A DNA stretch of 64,000 nt from an uncultured Candidatus Saccharibacteria bacterium (GTDB lineage Bacteria; Patescibacteriota; Minisyncoccia; Phycocordibacterales; UBA9973): the NCBI GenBank assembly GCA_964432275.1, contig CAYSMH010000003.1, positions 6,718-70,717 on the forward strand. The letters run 5' to 3'. The notes below the pieces were generated by a model. It made no database searches, had not been told where the DNA came from, and saw only the letters and a list, made by a program, of their open reading frames with translations. Positions 29,636 to 38,498 of the stretch are shown here, piece after piece (the stretch's first letter is position 1; every line of letters begins with the position of its first letter). The translations under genes were made by a program, and so were the position numbers.

Positions 29636-29905
29636 TTACTGTTTGGGAGAGTTTTGTTTTGTGAGTTGGCCACTCCAACCGCCTAGCATTCTGCCGGCTT
29701 CATCAAGCTTCACCGAAAGTGCAATATATTTTTTATCGTCAATTGATTTAGTCTCCCAGAGTACAAGTAGTAGTAAGCGTAGAGTGTCAGCTTTTCTAAT
29801 GGCAAGACGCACATATGGGTGCTTTTCCTCCCGTGAGAGAAAGCTTGCGGCAGAAATTGCTTCTATTATTTCGACAAACAAAGTATCGATGCGTTGACCA
29901 AGAGA
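29636..29905 (-). pseudogene. avd: 5'-truncated Avd-like (four-helix bundle) DGR accessory gene
   Basis: SLGQRIDTLFVEIIE..EAGRMLGGW; in-frame stop shortly upstream and no N-terminus. Confidence 0.75.
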
Positions 29906-29930
29906 AACGGGGAGATGATTTCACGGTCAC

Positions 29931-29984
29931 AAGCTCCGCACTTTAGTGCGCAAACAAAACTTCCGCTCTTTAGGCGGAAGTAGT
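29931..29984. mobile_element. Possible IS200/IS605-end-like scar (two hairpins)
   Basis: CGCACT-TT-AGTGCG and ACTTCCGC-N7-GCGGAAGT-AGTT at a junction between two gene fragments. Confidence 0.35.
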
Positions 29985-30095
29985 TTATTTAAAAGTCCGT
30001 CAGCAGCAGCTACCATTACTGGAAGATCAATAAATGGATGGACTGCATGGAAAGATGAGCATGGAATAACGTTAAATGATAATTTAAGACAATAA
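29985..30095 (+). pseudogene. C-terminal remnant of a DUF4357 (RAMA-like) protein
   Basis: LFKSPSAAATITGRSINGWTAWKDEHGITL; no start codon. Confidence 0.65.
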
Positions 30096-30145
30096 ATATA
30101 GAAATCAAAATTTTACACACAGCTTATCAGGGCTATAATAGAATT

Positions 30146-30535
30146 ATGGATAGGATATCTTCAAAAATAGCACCAATAGCCGGTATTATCATTCTGGTAA
30201 GCTATATATGGATTGCTGTATTTGGACTTCTCCAGACTGCTCATGCTTCAAATAGTCATACGCATTCAGCCTGTCCTTATATGGTTGGCCAGCATTCTAT
30301 TTGCTCCATGGATGTGTTTGACCATCTTCAAGCATGGCAGGCATTCTCTACAGTTACTGTGCCCGTATTAGAGATACTTGCTCTTGCAGTACTTTTATTT
30401 GTCACTGCATGGTTTTTACACGCACCACCACCCCTGTTAGGGCATTTATATACTAAACAAACTTATAGCCAAATACGTGAACCGTTATATCGGCGACTAT
30501 TTTCGCGTGGTATTCTTAACCCAAAAGCACCCTAA
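30146..30535 (+). CDS. Hypothetical membrane protein (Cys/His-rich, DUF2946-like)
   Basis: HTHSACPYM..C..H..W; GILNPK end. Confidence 0.55.
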   Translation: MDRISSKIAPIAGIIILVSYIWIAVFGLLQTAHASNSHTHSACPYMVGQHSICSMDVFDHLQAWQAFSTVTVPVLEILALAVLLFVTAWFLHAPPPLLGHLYTKQTYSQIREPLYRRLFSRGILNPKAP

Positions 30536-30581
30536 TAAGCACTCTGTAATATTTATTATCATTTAACTTAAATTAAAACTT

Positions 30582-30995
30582 ATGGAACAAAATAAAATAG
30601 TAACAGGAGTAATCTGTTTGGTTGCGGGGGTACTTCTCGGGGCAGTTATATTCGGTGGCAAAGGTGATACTGCTCCTGCAATAAGTAATACTAATAATAC
30701 TCATCATGTCATGCCGGATGGTTCTAATATGAACAACAGCATGGATATGGCCTCTATGATGGCAGGTATGAACGCAAATCTTTCAGGAAAGACTGGAGAT
30801 ACGTTTGATCAAGCATTTATCACCGAAATGATTATGCACCACGAAGGGGCAGTAGAGATGGCAGAGCTAGCTTTAACGAATGCTAAACATGCAGAAATTA
30901 AAACACTGGCTAATGCAATTATTTCTGCCCAGAATAGTGAAATTGCTCAGATGAAAACATGGCTTAAAAACTGGTATAAGGTAGAAACACAATAA
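30582..30995 (+). CDS. DUF305 (CopM-like) Met/His-rich protein
   Basis: HHVMPDG; FITEMIMHHEGAVEMA. Confidence 0.85.
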   Translation: MEQNKIVTGVICLVAGVLLGAVIFGGKGDTAPAISNTNNTHHVMPDGSNMNNSMDMASMMAGMNANLSGKTGDTFDQAFITEMIMHHEGAVEMAELALTNAKHAEIKTLANAIISAQNSEIAQMKTWLKNWYKVETQ

Positions 30996-30996
30996 T

Positions 30997-31494
30997 ATGA
31001 AAAAAATAAGTTTCGGAAGTTGGATAGGGATACTACTTATAGTATTAATTGGATTTGCTATATGGTGGACACCAAATGCTAAAGAAGCAAAGATTGAGCA
31101 ACAAAAAGAACAGACCAGTCGCGAAGTTGCGTTATTGTGTACAACAGATATGGCAACGCAATATCATATTCATCCCGAGTTACAAATTCTAATAAATGGA
31201 GAAAATAACTCTATTCCAAAAAATCTCGGCATTAAATCAAATTGTATGACCTCAATTCATACACATGATGAAATAGGAGTAATACATGTTGAAGCCCCAG
31301 TACAAAAAGACTTCACACTCGGAGACTTCTTTGCGGTATGGCAAAAGGATTTCTCAAAAAGTAAGATTCTTGATTACGTAGTAGATGAACAACATGAGAT
31401 TTCTGTTACAATTAATGGCGTACCGGTTGATACGTTCGAAAATACTATTCTTGGTGACAAAGATAAAATAGTCATCTCATATAAAACAAAATAA
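30997..31494 (+). CDS. Hypothetical exported His-motif protein
   Basis: HIHPEL, IHTHD, IHVE, TLGDFF.VW. Confidence 0.65.
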   Translation: MKKISFGSWIGILLIVLIGFAIWWTPNAKEAKIEQQKEQTSREVALLCTTDMATQYHIHPELQILINGENNSIPKNLGIKSNCMTSIHTHDEIGVIHVEAPVQKDFTLGDFFAVWQKDFSKSKILDYVVDEQHEISVTINGVPVDTFENTILGDKDKIVISYKTK

Positions 31495-31495
31495 T

Positions 31496-32731
31496 ATGTT
31501 TACTTATATACTATTTGAAATAATCGCAGCCCTCGTTGGAGGTATTGCCATTATTATAATTCTCGTACAATTGTATAAGAATAAGAGTGTAAAAAATTTC
31601 TTCAAAAAGAAAGTCGTTATAATACCCCTAGTATTGTTGGTCACTGCTTTCTTTGTTGGACTACTTGCGAACCGAACGTATCCACCACATTTTGCAATGC
31701 CAGCATGGATGAATTCTCATGCACCAGGCGGCGTTCCAGCATCAATTCCATTCCGTAATATCGTTGAATTCTTCACCTATAAAAACCGATTTGAAAAAGT
31801 GGCTGATATAGGTGCAGATCCGAATGCGGTCCCAGAACTTGCAGAGCCAGATCATGATAATGTGGTGAAGATAAGTTTAACGGCAAAAGAAGTCATCTCA
31901 GAAATTGCTCCAGGTATTTACTATAACTATTGGACATTCAATAAGCAGGTTCCAGGTCCGATGCTTCGGGTTAGAGAAGGGGATACTGTCGAGCTTACAC
32001 TCAGCAATGACCCGAGCAGTTTGCATGATCATAGTATTGATCTGCATGCAGTAAATGGTCCGGGCGGAGGGGCGGAATTCACACATCTTAAACCGGGAGA
32101 AACAAAAACCTTCCGATGGAAAGCTATGAATCCTGGATTGTATATTTATCACTGTGCGATGCCGAATGTGAGCACGCACAATTCTCATGGACAATATGGA
32201 CTCATATTGGTTGAACCAAAAGAAGGACTGCCTCCTGTTGATAAAGAGTTCTATGTGGTGCAAGGAGAACTTTACACAAATGGGGAAATTGGAAAGAAAG
32301 GTCTTGTCCCTTTTAATTCAAAAGATCTCATTGCGGGAAACCCAAATTACGTACTATTCAACGGTCGTGTAGAGTCTACACCTCGTATGGCAGCGGAAGT
32401 TGGTGATAAGGTTAGAATCTATGTTGGAAATGGCGGAGTAAATCTTATCTCATCGTTCCATGTCATAGGTGAAATCTTTGACACTGTCTATCCAGAAGGC
32501 GCAATAGGAAAAGAATCAGCAAAACTCCAGAACGTTCAGACAACAGCTGTTCTTCCTGGTGGTTCATCAATTGTAGAATTCACAGTTGATTATCCTGGCA
32601 AATACCTACTTGTCGATCATGCACTAGCACGATTAAATAAAGGTGCATGGGCAGTACTGGAAGTTACGGGTGAGAAAAACCCTGAAATTATAGAATCGGT
32701 AGGTGATACCAATCACGATCATACTCACTAA
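31496..32731 (+). CDS. nirK: Copper-containing nitrite reductase (AniA/NirK type), membrane anchored
   Basis: HSIDLHAVNGPGGG, YHCA, SSFHVIGEIFD, LVDHAL; two N-terminal TM. Confidence 0.87.
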   Translation: MFTYILFEIIAALVGGIAIIIILVQLYKNKSVKNFFKKKVVIIPLVLLVTAFFVGLLANRTYPPHFAMPAWMNSHAPGGVPASIPFRNIVEFFTYKNRFEKVADIGADPNAVPELAEPDHDNVVKISLTAKEVISEIAPGIYYNYWTFNKQVPGPMLRVREGDTVELTLSNDPSSLHDHSIDLHAVNGPGGGAEFTHLKPGETKTFRWKAMNPGLYIYHCAMPNVSTHNSHGQYGLILVEPKEGLPPVDKEFYVVQGELYTNGEIGKKGLVPFNSKDLIAGNPNYVLFNGRVESTPRMAAEVGDKVRIYVGNGGVNLISSFHVIGEIFDTVYPEGAIGKESAKLQNVQTTAVLPGGSSIVEFTVDYPGKYLLVDHALARLNKGAWAVLEVTGEKNPEIIESVGDTNHDHTH

Positions 32732-32772
32732 TACAAAAACACCAGTCGAAAGCTGGTGTTTTTGTTATGAAC

Positions 32773-32958
32773 TTATTGCTGAGGATGGCGCTCAAGAAAG
32801 TCGGATATCATCGCTTCTTGCTGTTCTATAAACTCAGGTCCATTGTGTTGTTCAAGGTATTTACGTAAGAATCCTACTTCTGCTCGTAAAGCCATTAGTA
32901 CACCTTTATCCTCTCCAAAACGAGTGGTTAATTCTTTTACAAATTCTTGATAAGTCAT
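32773..32958 (-). CDS. Small hypothetical protein
   Basis: 61-aa ORF ending at a shared hairpin terminator. Confidence 0.4.
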   Translation of the reverse strand: MTYQEFVKELTTRFGEDKGVLMALRAEVGFLRKYLEQHNGPEFIEQQEAMISDFLERHPQQ

Positions 32959-33196
32959 AATAAGATAATATCACTACTATTTTAAAAGTTACAATAAGGC
33001 GTAATTTAGACAACCCACCCTGTGTCACTTTTGTAACTTTTTAAGGTGCTCGAGACGCGTCGAAATGATATTATAAAATCATTAAAAATAACCTTACAGG
33101 GCAAAGCTAGCCATGGTTCTAGCTCGAGACGGCCAGCAGTTATAAAAATACCGGCTTAGATGAAATAATATACGACTCCAGTCGTCAAACCTATAT

Positions 33197-33652
33197 ATGA
33201 AAACAAAACAATTTATAGTACTTGCGGTTGCGGTGATAGTTGTCGTCATTGTGGCGCTTGGCATTGGTAAAAAGCAGGTAGTAGAAGAGCGTGCGTCTAT
33301 GGTGGGGTGCTATGTGGCAACACTTGGTAAAGATGTCTATACACTCACCATCACGTCGGAGCAGCGAGGTACAGTGCTCGGTACGGTGTCATTTGATAAC
33401 TTCGAAAAAGATAGCTCAAGTGGCACATTTGTCGGTACGTACAACGATGGTCTGCTCGTGGGTGACTACTCGTTTCAGTCAGAAGGTATGTCATCCGTGC
33501 GACAGCTCGCATTTCAGAAAGTAGATAATGGTTTTGTGCCAGGGTACGGAGAAGTAGTCGTGGTTGATGGTCGTGAGACATTTGTAGATAGTACAAACCT
33601 CTCGTACGACAACTCTACAGTATTTATCAAGCAAGCAACCTGTGCTCAATAA
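33197..33652 (+). CDS. Hypothetical exported protein
   Basis: N-terminal TM, beta-rich, two Cys. Confidence 0.65.
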   Translation: MKTKQFIVLAVAVIVVVIVALGIGKKQVVEERASMVGCYVATLGKDVYTLTITSEQRGTVLGTVSFDNFEKDSSSGTFVGTYNDGLLVGDYSFQSEGMSSVRQLAFQKVDNGFVPGYGEVVVVDGRETFVDSTNLSYDNSTVFIKQATCAQ

Positions 33653-33820
33653 AGCTTGTGAAATAATGTCTACTACACCATAAAGTTGACGAAGTAGTAT
33701 TCACATTTCTAATAAAAATCACACTTACCGTATCGTGATATAGTACAAGTACATAGTAGTAAGATGGATCGCGCCGGATGCTATGCATTAGTATAGTTAT
33801 TTTGTATTTTTGAAACCATT

Positions 33821-34123
33821 ATGAAAAAAATCTTAGCAACAGGGGCAATGCTCGCATACATCACGTGGTTTAACTCCGCTGGTGCACTGGCGGCGACCAT
33901 GCCTGAGATAGCAGCCAGTGAAGTACAGGGTCCTAAACATCATCAAAACATGCGTCATACCAAGCATGCGCATGACAAGCTTATGCGCTTGGCTGAAAAG
34001 TTTGAGATAGATCATATAGAACTCGAGCGTGATTTGCAGAGTAACAAATCAATCAAAGAAATATTGAGCAAGTACGGCATCACCAAAAATCAGTTTCGAG
34101 AAGTGATGGGCAAGCGTCGCTAA
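33821..34123 (+). CDS. Hypothetical secreted protein
   Basis: Signal-peptide-like N-terminus. Confidence 0.55.
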   Translation: MKKILATGAMLAYITWFNSAGALAATMPEIAASEVQGPKHHQNMRHTKHAHDKLMRLAEKFEIDHIELERDLQSNKSIKEILSKYGITKNQFREVMGKRR

Positions 34124-34142
34124 AGCAGTGTATACTGTACCT

Positions 34143-34388
34143 ATGACTACACTCGCACATGCAGACATGTTTTTCTTTATTTCGACGATTTGCTTTGTGC
34201 TTCTAACTATTTGTGGAGTTGTATTACTTGTGTACGTGATTGGTATTGTACGTAGTATCAAGAAAGCTTCAGATGCTATTGGTACAAGTTTGGCAGATAT
34301 GAGTACCGAAACCAAAGCGTTTATCAAGGATATTCGTGAGAGTATGGTGTACCGAATGTTTTTTGGGAGCTCACGCAAACGAAAATAA
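34143..34388 (+). CDS. Small membrane protein
   Basis: ADMFFFISTI TM segment plus amphipathic helix. Confidence 0.6.
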   Translation: MTTLAHADMFFFISTICFVLLTICGVVLLVYVIGIVRSIKKASDAIGTSLADMSTETKAFIKDIRESMVYRMFFGSSRKRK

Positions 34389-34427
34389 GGTATACTGTAG
34401 GTATTACTAGCACAATACAGAACAGTT

Positions 34428-34820
34428 ATGAAAAAGAATACAACCACAGGTGTCTCAAAAGGAAAGATAGTAGCTATTGGTGCAGGAGTAGCAGCACTCG
34501 CAGCAGCGTCATACTACTTCTTTGGCCCTCAAGGGAAAAAGAATCGTGCCACTGCAAAAGGATGGATGATCAAAATGAAGGGTGAGATCGTAGACAAAAT
34601 GGAGGACGCCAAAGAAGTCACCCAGGAAGTCTATGACACAATCGTCGACAAGGTAGCAGCTGGCTATGCCAAGAACGCCAAGGCACATCCAGAGCTCGCA
34701 CTCTATGTCGATACTCTCAAGAAGCAGTGGAAAGGTATCGCAAAGTCATTTGCTCCCAAGAAAAAAGTAGCAAAAAAGACAGCACCCAAGAAGGTCGCAA
34801 AGAAGGTGGGGAAAAAGTAA
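34428..34820 (+). CDS. Hypothetical protein (YtxH-like, Lys-rich tail)
   Basis: GAGVAALAAASYYFFGP. Confidence 0.65.
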   Translation: MKKNTTTGVSKGKIVAIGAGVAALAAASYYFFGPQGKKNRATAKGWMIKMKGEIVDKMEDAKEVTQEVYDTIVDKVAAGYAKNAKAHPELALYVDTLKKQWKGIAKSFAPKKKVAKKTAPKKVAKKVGKK

Positions 34821-34879
34821 TTGCACTACGGTACTCACGGGCTATACTGAGAGTGTTACTAGACAAACAATAATTCGTC

Positions 34880-35032
34880 ATGCTTACAACTATCGCAGTT
34901 ATCTTGCTCATATTATGGTTGCTCGGAGTAGTGGGACTCTACACGATTGGTAGCTTCATCCATGTACTCCTCGTAGTCGCAGTGATCATGATCTTGATCC
35001 GACTTATTCGTGGTCAAAACCCTATAAAGTAG
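34880..35032 (+). CDS. lmo0937/DUF5670-like small membrane protein
   Basis: MLTTIAVILLILWLLG..GSFIHVLLVVAVI (read directly from sequence). Confidence 0.75.
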   Translation: MLTTIAVILLILWLLGVVGLYTIGSFIHVLLVVAVIMILIRLIRGQNPIK

Positions 35033-35094
35033 ATAGAAATAGTACTCTCGCAAAAGGCCCTCTCGGGTTTTTTGCTTTGTGGTACGATATGGCC

Positions 35095-35904
35095 ATGAAT
35101 GCCACAGAGCATACCTTGGTCCAGATAGTAAAAAGATACTATAAAAAGCATGGTCGGCACGACCTGCCATGGCGTCACACCACAGATGCGTACAAGATAG
35201 CTGTTTCTGAAATCATGCTTCAGCAGACGCAGGTCGCTCGTGTGATAGAAAAATACCAAGAATTTTTGAAGAAATTCCCCACACTACGAGCACTTGCCAA
35301 GGCGCCACTATCTGATGTGTTACGAATCTGGAGCGGGCTTGGCTACAACCGCCGTGCGAAGTTCTTGCATCAAATGGCACAATCGATCGTGCGAGATCAC
35401 AAGGGAAAATTTCCAACTACGTATGAAGCTTTGAAATCTCTGCCGGGTATCGGCCCATACACCGCCGGAGCAATCTACGCATTTGCATACAACAAACCTT
35501 TTCCTGTTATTGAGACCAATATTCGCACGGTGTATATTCACCATTTTTTTCCAAAGAAAGATAAAGTTTTAGATATAGACTTGATGAAAATCATAGAAAA
35601 AACACTCGATCAGAAAAATCCGAGAGAATGGTACTGGGCACTTATGGATTATGGTTCACATCTAAAACAAACAGGGAATAAAGTCCATCGTGCGAGTAAA
35701 CACTATACAAAGCAGTCGAAGTTTGAGGGATCAAAAAGACAAATAAGGGGAGCGATCATGCGAGAGCTTTTGAAAGGACCGGCGACGATAGTAAAAATAG
35801 TAAAAGAGATTGAGAAAGAAAAGGGGAGTGTACAAGAAGTGTTTGGTGATTTGGTGAGAGAAGGATTTGTGAAGAAGGTGAGGGGGAAGTATGCGATAGT
35901 ATAA
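35095..35904 (+). CDS. mutY: A/G-specific adenine glycosylase, short form without Fe-S cluster
   Basis: LPWR, SEIMLQQTQV, WSGLGYNRRA, HhH LPGIGPYTA, ALMDYG. Confidence 0.85.
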   Translation: MNATEHTLVQIVKRYYKKHGRHDLPWRHTTDAYKIAVSEIMLQQTQVARVIEKYQEFLKKFPTLRALAKAPLSDVLRIWSGLGYNRRAKFLHQMAQSIVRDHKGKFPTTYEALKSLPGIGPYTAGAIYAFAYNKPFPVIETNIRTVYIHHFFPKKDKVLDIDLMKIIEKTLDQKNPREWYWALMDYGSHLKQTGNKVHRASKHYTKQSKFEGSKRQIRGAIMRELLKGPATIVKIVKEIEKEKGSVQEVFGDLVREGFVKKVRGKYAIV

Positions 35905-35908
35905 CTCT

Positions 35909-35931
35909 GCTCCGAACATTAGAGGATCTTC
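35909..35931 (+). repeat. 23-bp direct repeat, copy 1
   Basis: GCTCCGAACATTAGAGGATCTTC; 21/23 identical to 38499-38521. Confidence 0.7.
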
Positions 35932-36103
35932 GAAACTCTTTAACGTAAAAAGAGGGGATTATAGCCTGGTGAATAAAGACTTTTTATATATTGACAAATA
36001 ATAGATTATATGCTATTATAATTCTATAGTTCTTTGAGATAGTTTTAGTGTTTAACACAGACCCTAACACACGAGTTTGTGCTAAACACTAAAACTTCAA
36101 ATA

Positions 36104-36634
36104 ATGAATAAGTATAAAACAATTCTTCGTCTACTCTGGTTTACAATTGCGTTTTGCTGCCTCTTTCCTCTATTTTACTATAAGAATCGAGGAATGGGTA
36201 AGGACGGACTTTTTATCGGAGGAGAAACAACTACTTCAAAATTAAAAGATTTGTTAAAAAGAGGAAAATTTCTTTTGTGTTGGCAATTCTTCTGGGCTAA
36301 ATGGAACCCTGTTGTAACTTATGAGACAACAAGACCACTTTACCAGTTATGCGGAGGCCACAAAAATCCATTTTTTGCTTCCATTATAACTTTCTTGTAC
36401 AGTGGAATTTTTCTTCACGGTTTCTCAATAATGAGTCCTTATTACATTTATTTAGTTATTGTAGGTAAATTTACCGCACATAACCTGCCTATTATTAATG
36501 TAATGATCTGGTTTATTTTAGGGTTACCTGTAGCAATAGCAAATACTTTAAGATTAAGAAGAATAAACAAAAGGGAAAAAAGATATGATGCTAAATTGGT
36601 ATACCATTTTCCACAAACAGCCATCTCTGCATAG
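36104..36634 (+). CDS. Short MBOAT-like membrane protein
   Basis: FFWAKWNP..RPLY..FLYSGIFLHG. Confidence 0.5.
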   Translation: MNKYKTILRLLWFTIAFCCLFPLFYYKNRGMGKDGLFIGGETTTSKLKDLLKRGKFLLCWQFFWAKWNPVVTYETTRPLYQLCGGHKNPFFASIITFLYSGIFLHGFSIMSPYYIYLVIVGKFTAHNLPIINVMIWFILGLPVAIANTLRLRRINKREKRYDAKLVYHFPQTAISA

Positions 36635-36790
36635 AGGTGGCTTTTTCATATATCTATATCTAGAGCCTATCCTGTGCCAGTAGGGGACCCATATGCTTGA
36701 CTATATGAACAAATATGCTATAATGAAACAAAAAGGAATTGCCAAATCCTACTAAATCAAAAAAGAGGCCAAAACATTAAAAACTTAATA

Positions 36791-37729
36791 ATGAAAAGTA
36801 AAGTAAACACGTTAGTTGCTCTAGCTATTAAGAGCCCAAAAATTTTTAAGCTCATAAAGGCGATAAAGTTGTTAAAATTTGCTAAACCGATGGTAACAAT
36901 GATTTCAATTGTTATTTCAGTTGGGGCATATGCAATCATATACGACCCATGGATTGCCGTAGGATTAGTAGCACTCATCTTTGTTCATGAAATGGGACAT
37001 GTGGTGGCTATGAATAACCAGGGATTTAAGACAAGTGGACCCGTCTTCATTCCATTTTTAGGTGCAGCATTGTTTGCGCCAAAAGATATGAATAGGAGAC
37101 AGGAAGCAATAATCGGAATCGGTGGGCCGATACTCGGTTCGATTGCCGCATTTCTACTTATCGGATTATATTTTATCTTTCACGCAAAGTGGATGTTGAT
37201 GATGGGGTATGTTGGGATTTTCTTAAATCTCTTCAACATGATACCTATCTCACCGCTCGATGGCGGAAGGGTAACACAAGCAGTTGGCAAATGGTTCAAG
37301 TTTGTTGGATTTGCAATGCTTCTCGCATTGACGATCTCAATGGGACAGCCAGGAATGTTATTAATTTGGATTATTGTTTTGTTTGACTTTCATTTTATTC
37401 CAGTTAAAGGAAGATTTGCTCTTGCTCTAATCACGGAACTAGCAATGATAGTGCTGATTGCAGCAAAGGTAGGTATCCATAACGATAGTGAATTCTGGGT
37501 TACCTGTTTTGATGCCATCGTCGGCGGGATCTATCTTGTACTTATTGGACTCGCTATTCGTGGTAATTCAAAAGAGCTGGAAAATGCATTAGATGAAAAT
37601 TCAAAGCGACCACATCTTACAGCACAGGCAAAAATTAATTGGTTTCTCGTATGGTTGATTACAACTGCGATACTTTTCACAACAATGTTGCTATTGGCGC
37701 CATCGTTGAAAATTATTATGGTTTCATAA
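36791..37729 (+). CDS. Site-2 protease (M50) family protein
   Basis: HEMGH, GGP, NMIPISPLDGG. Confidence 0.88.
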   Translation: MKSKVNTLVALAIKSPKIFKLIKAIKLLKFAKPMVTMISIVISVGAYAIIYDPWIAVGLVALIFVHEMGHVVAMNNQGFKTSGPVFIPFLGAALFAPKDMNRRQEAIIGIGGPILGSIAAFLLIGLYFIFHAKWMLMMGYVGIFLNLFNMIPISPLDGGRVTQAVGKWFKFVGFAMLLALTISMGQPGMLLIWIIVLFDFHFIPVKGRFALALITELAMIVLIAAKVGIHNDSEFWVTCFDAIVGGIYLVLIGLAIRGNSKELENALDENSKRPHLTAQAKINWFLVWLITTAILFTTMLLLAPSLKIIMVS

Positions 37730-37932
37730 AGACCGTACTCGAAAATTGCGAAAAAAGGCTATTTTGTACAAAATAGGCGATTACTTATTCAGGTAATCGC
37801 CTATTATTATTTTCGATATATTATTTAAAAATTAGATCCGAATGTGAGATGCTGTTCTAAATATAGTGAAATAAAAAACCACATTGATAATATCAATGTG
37901 GTAATACGATTATGCGGGTAGGCTGGTCATGT

Positions 37933-38343
37933 TTAGTAAGCCGTACTTAATCTTCCATTTTTTTTCAATACATAACAGCAAAAATCAAATACTATAAGAG
38001 TTACAAAACAGTTAAACAAAATGTTAGTACTGGTAAATGTATTCTTAGAATAATAGATTATTTCTATAATTATAGAAAACGGAATTACAGAAAATAGAAG
38101 AACTGCACGGTTATTTTTTCCACCAACAAACACTATAAGCATGTAGATACTCATAGATACGAAAAAATGGGTTACGGTTAACGCGATGAATGCAAAAGTA
38201 AAACTCACAATCTCAGTAGTCATACTAACCGGAGGATCTGATTTACAATAGTTAAATACAGAGGGAATTGTGTAAATTCCAAGATTTACGATTACCAACC
38301 ATAGAGCCACCCAAAGGGGTATTTTTGAAAGTAACTTTTTCAT
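37933..38343 (-). CDS. Hypothetical membrane protein (AT-rich)
   Basis: About 4 TM; own promoter. Confidence 0.5.
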   Translation of the reverse strand: MKKLLSKIPLWVALWLVIVNLGIYTIPSVFNYCKSDPPVSMTTEIVSFTFAFIALTVTHFFVSMSIYMLIVFVGGKNNRAVLLFSVIPFSIIIEIIYYSKNTFTSTNILFNCFVTLIVFDFCCYVLKKNGRLSTAY

Positions 38344-38498
38344 TTGTTTGATTATTTAATTGTTAGATTTATTGAGCCATCTCTAATCCCAATAAGGAGC
38401 AGGGAAAACCCAACAAAATCAACACTAAATAACCGAATATATCGAAGAACTACTATAGTTATATAATAGCATGAATAATAAGAAAAGTCAATAAAAGC

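Larger units (their letters stand above)
21224..33066. mobile_element. Genomic island (copper genes, nirK, serine recombinase, DGR) just 3' of tRNA-Gln
   Basis: Imperfect 19-bp direct repeats at 21224-21242 and 33048-33066; internal serine recombinase; AT-richer than flanks. Confidence 0.65.

Noticed and set aside
29571-29897. 108-aa plus-strand ORF
   Set aside because: It is the antisense shadow of the avd-like frame.
33095-33145. c-di-GMP-I riboswitch-like GGGCAAAGCTA..GGTTCTA..CAGCAGTTA
   Set aside because: No GNRA-capped stem or convincing pairing, and it overlaps an att-like half-site. An Infernal search would be needed.
37835-37857. Third copy of the 23-bp repeat (an integron-like array)
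   Set aside because: Only TCCGAA..GA..TTC matches; too degenerate to support.
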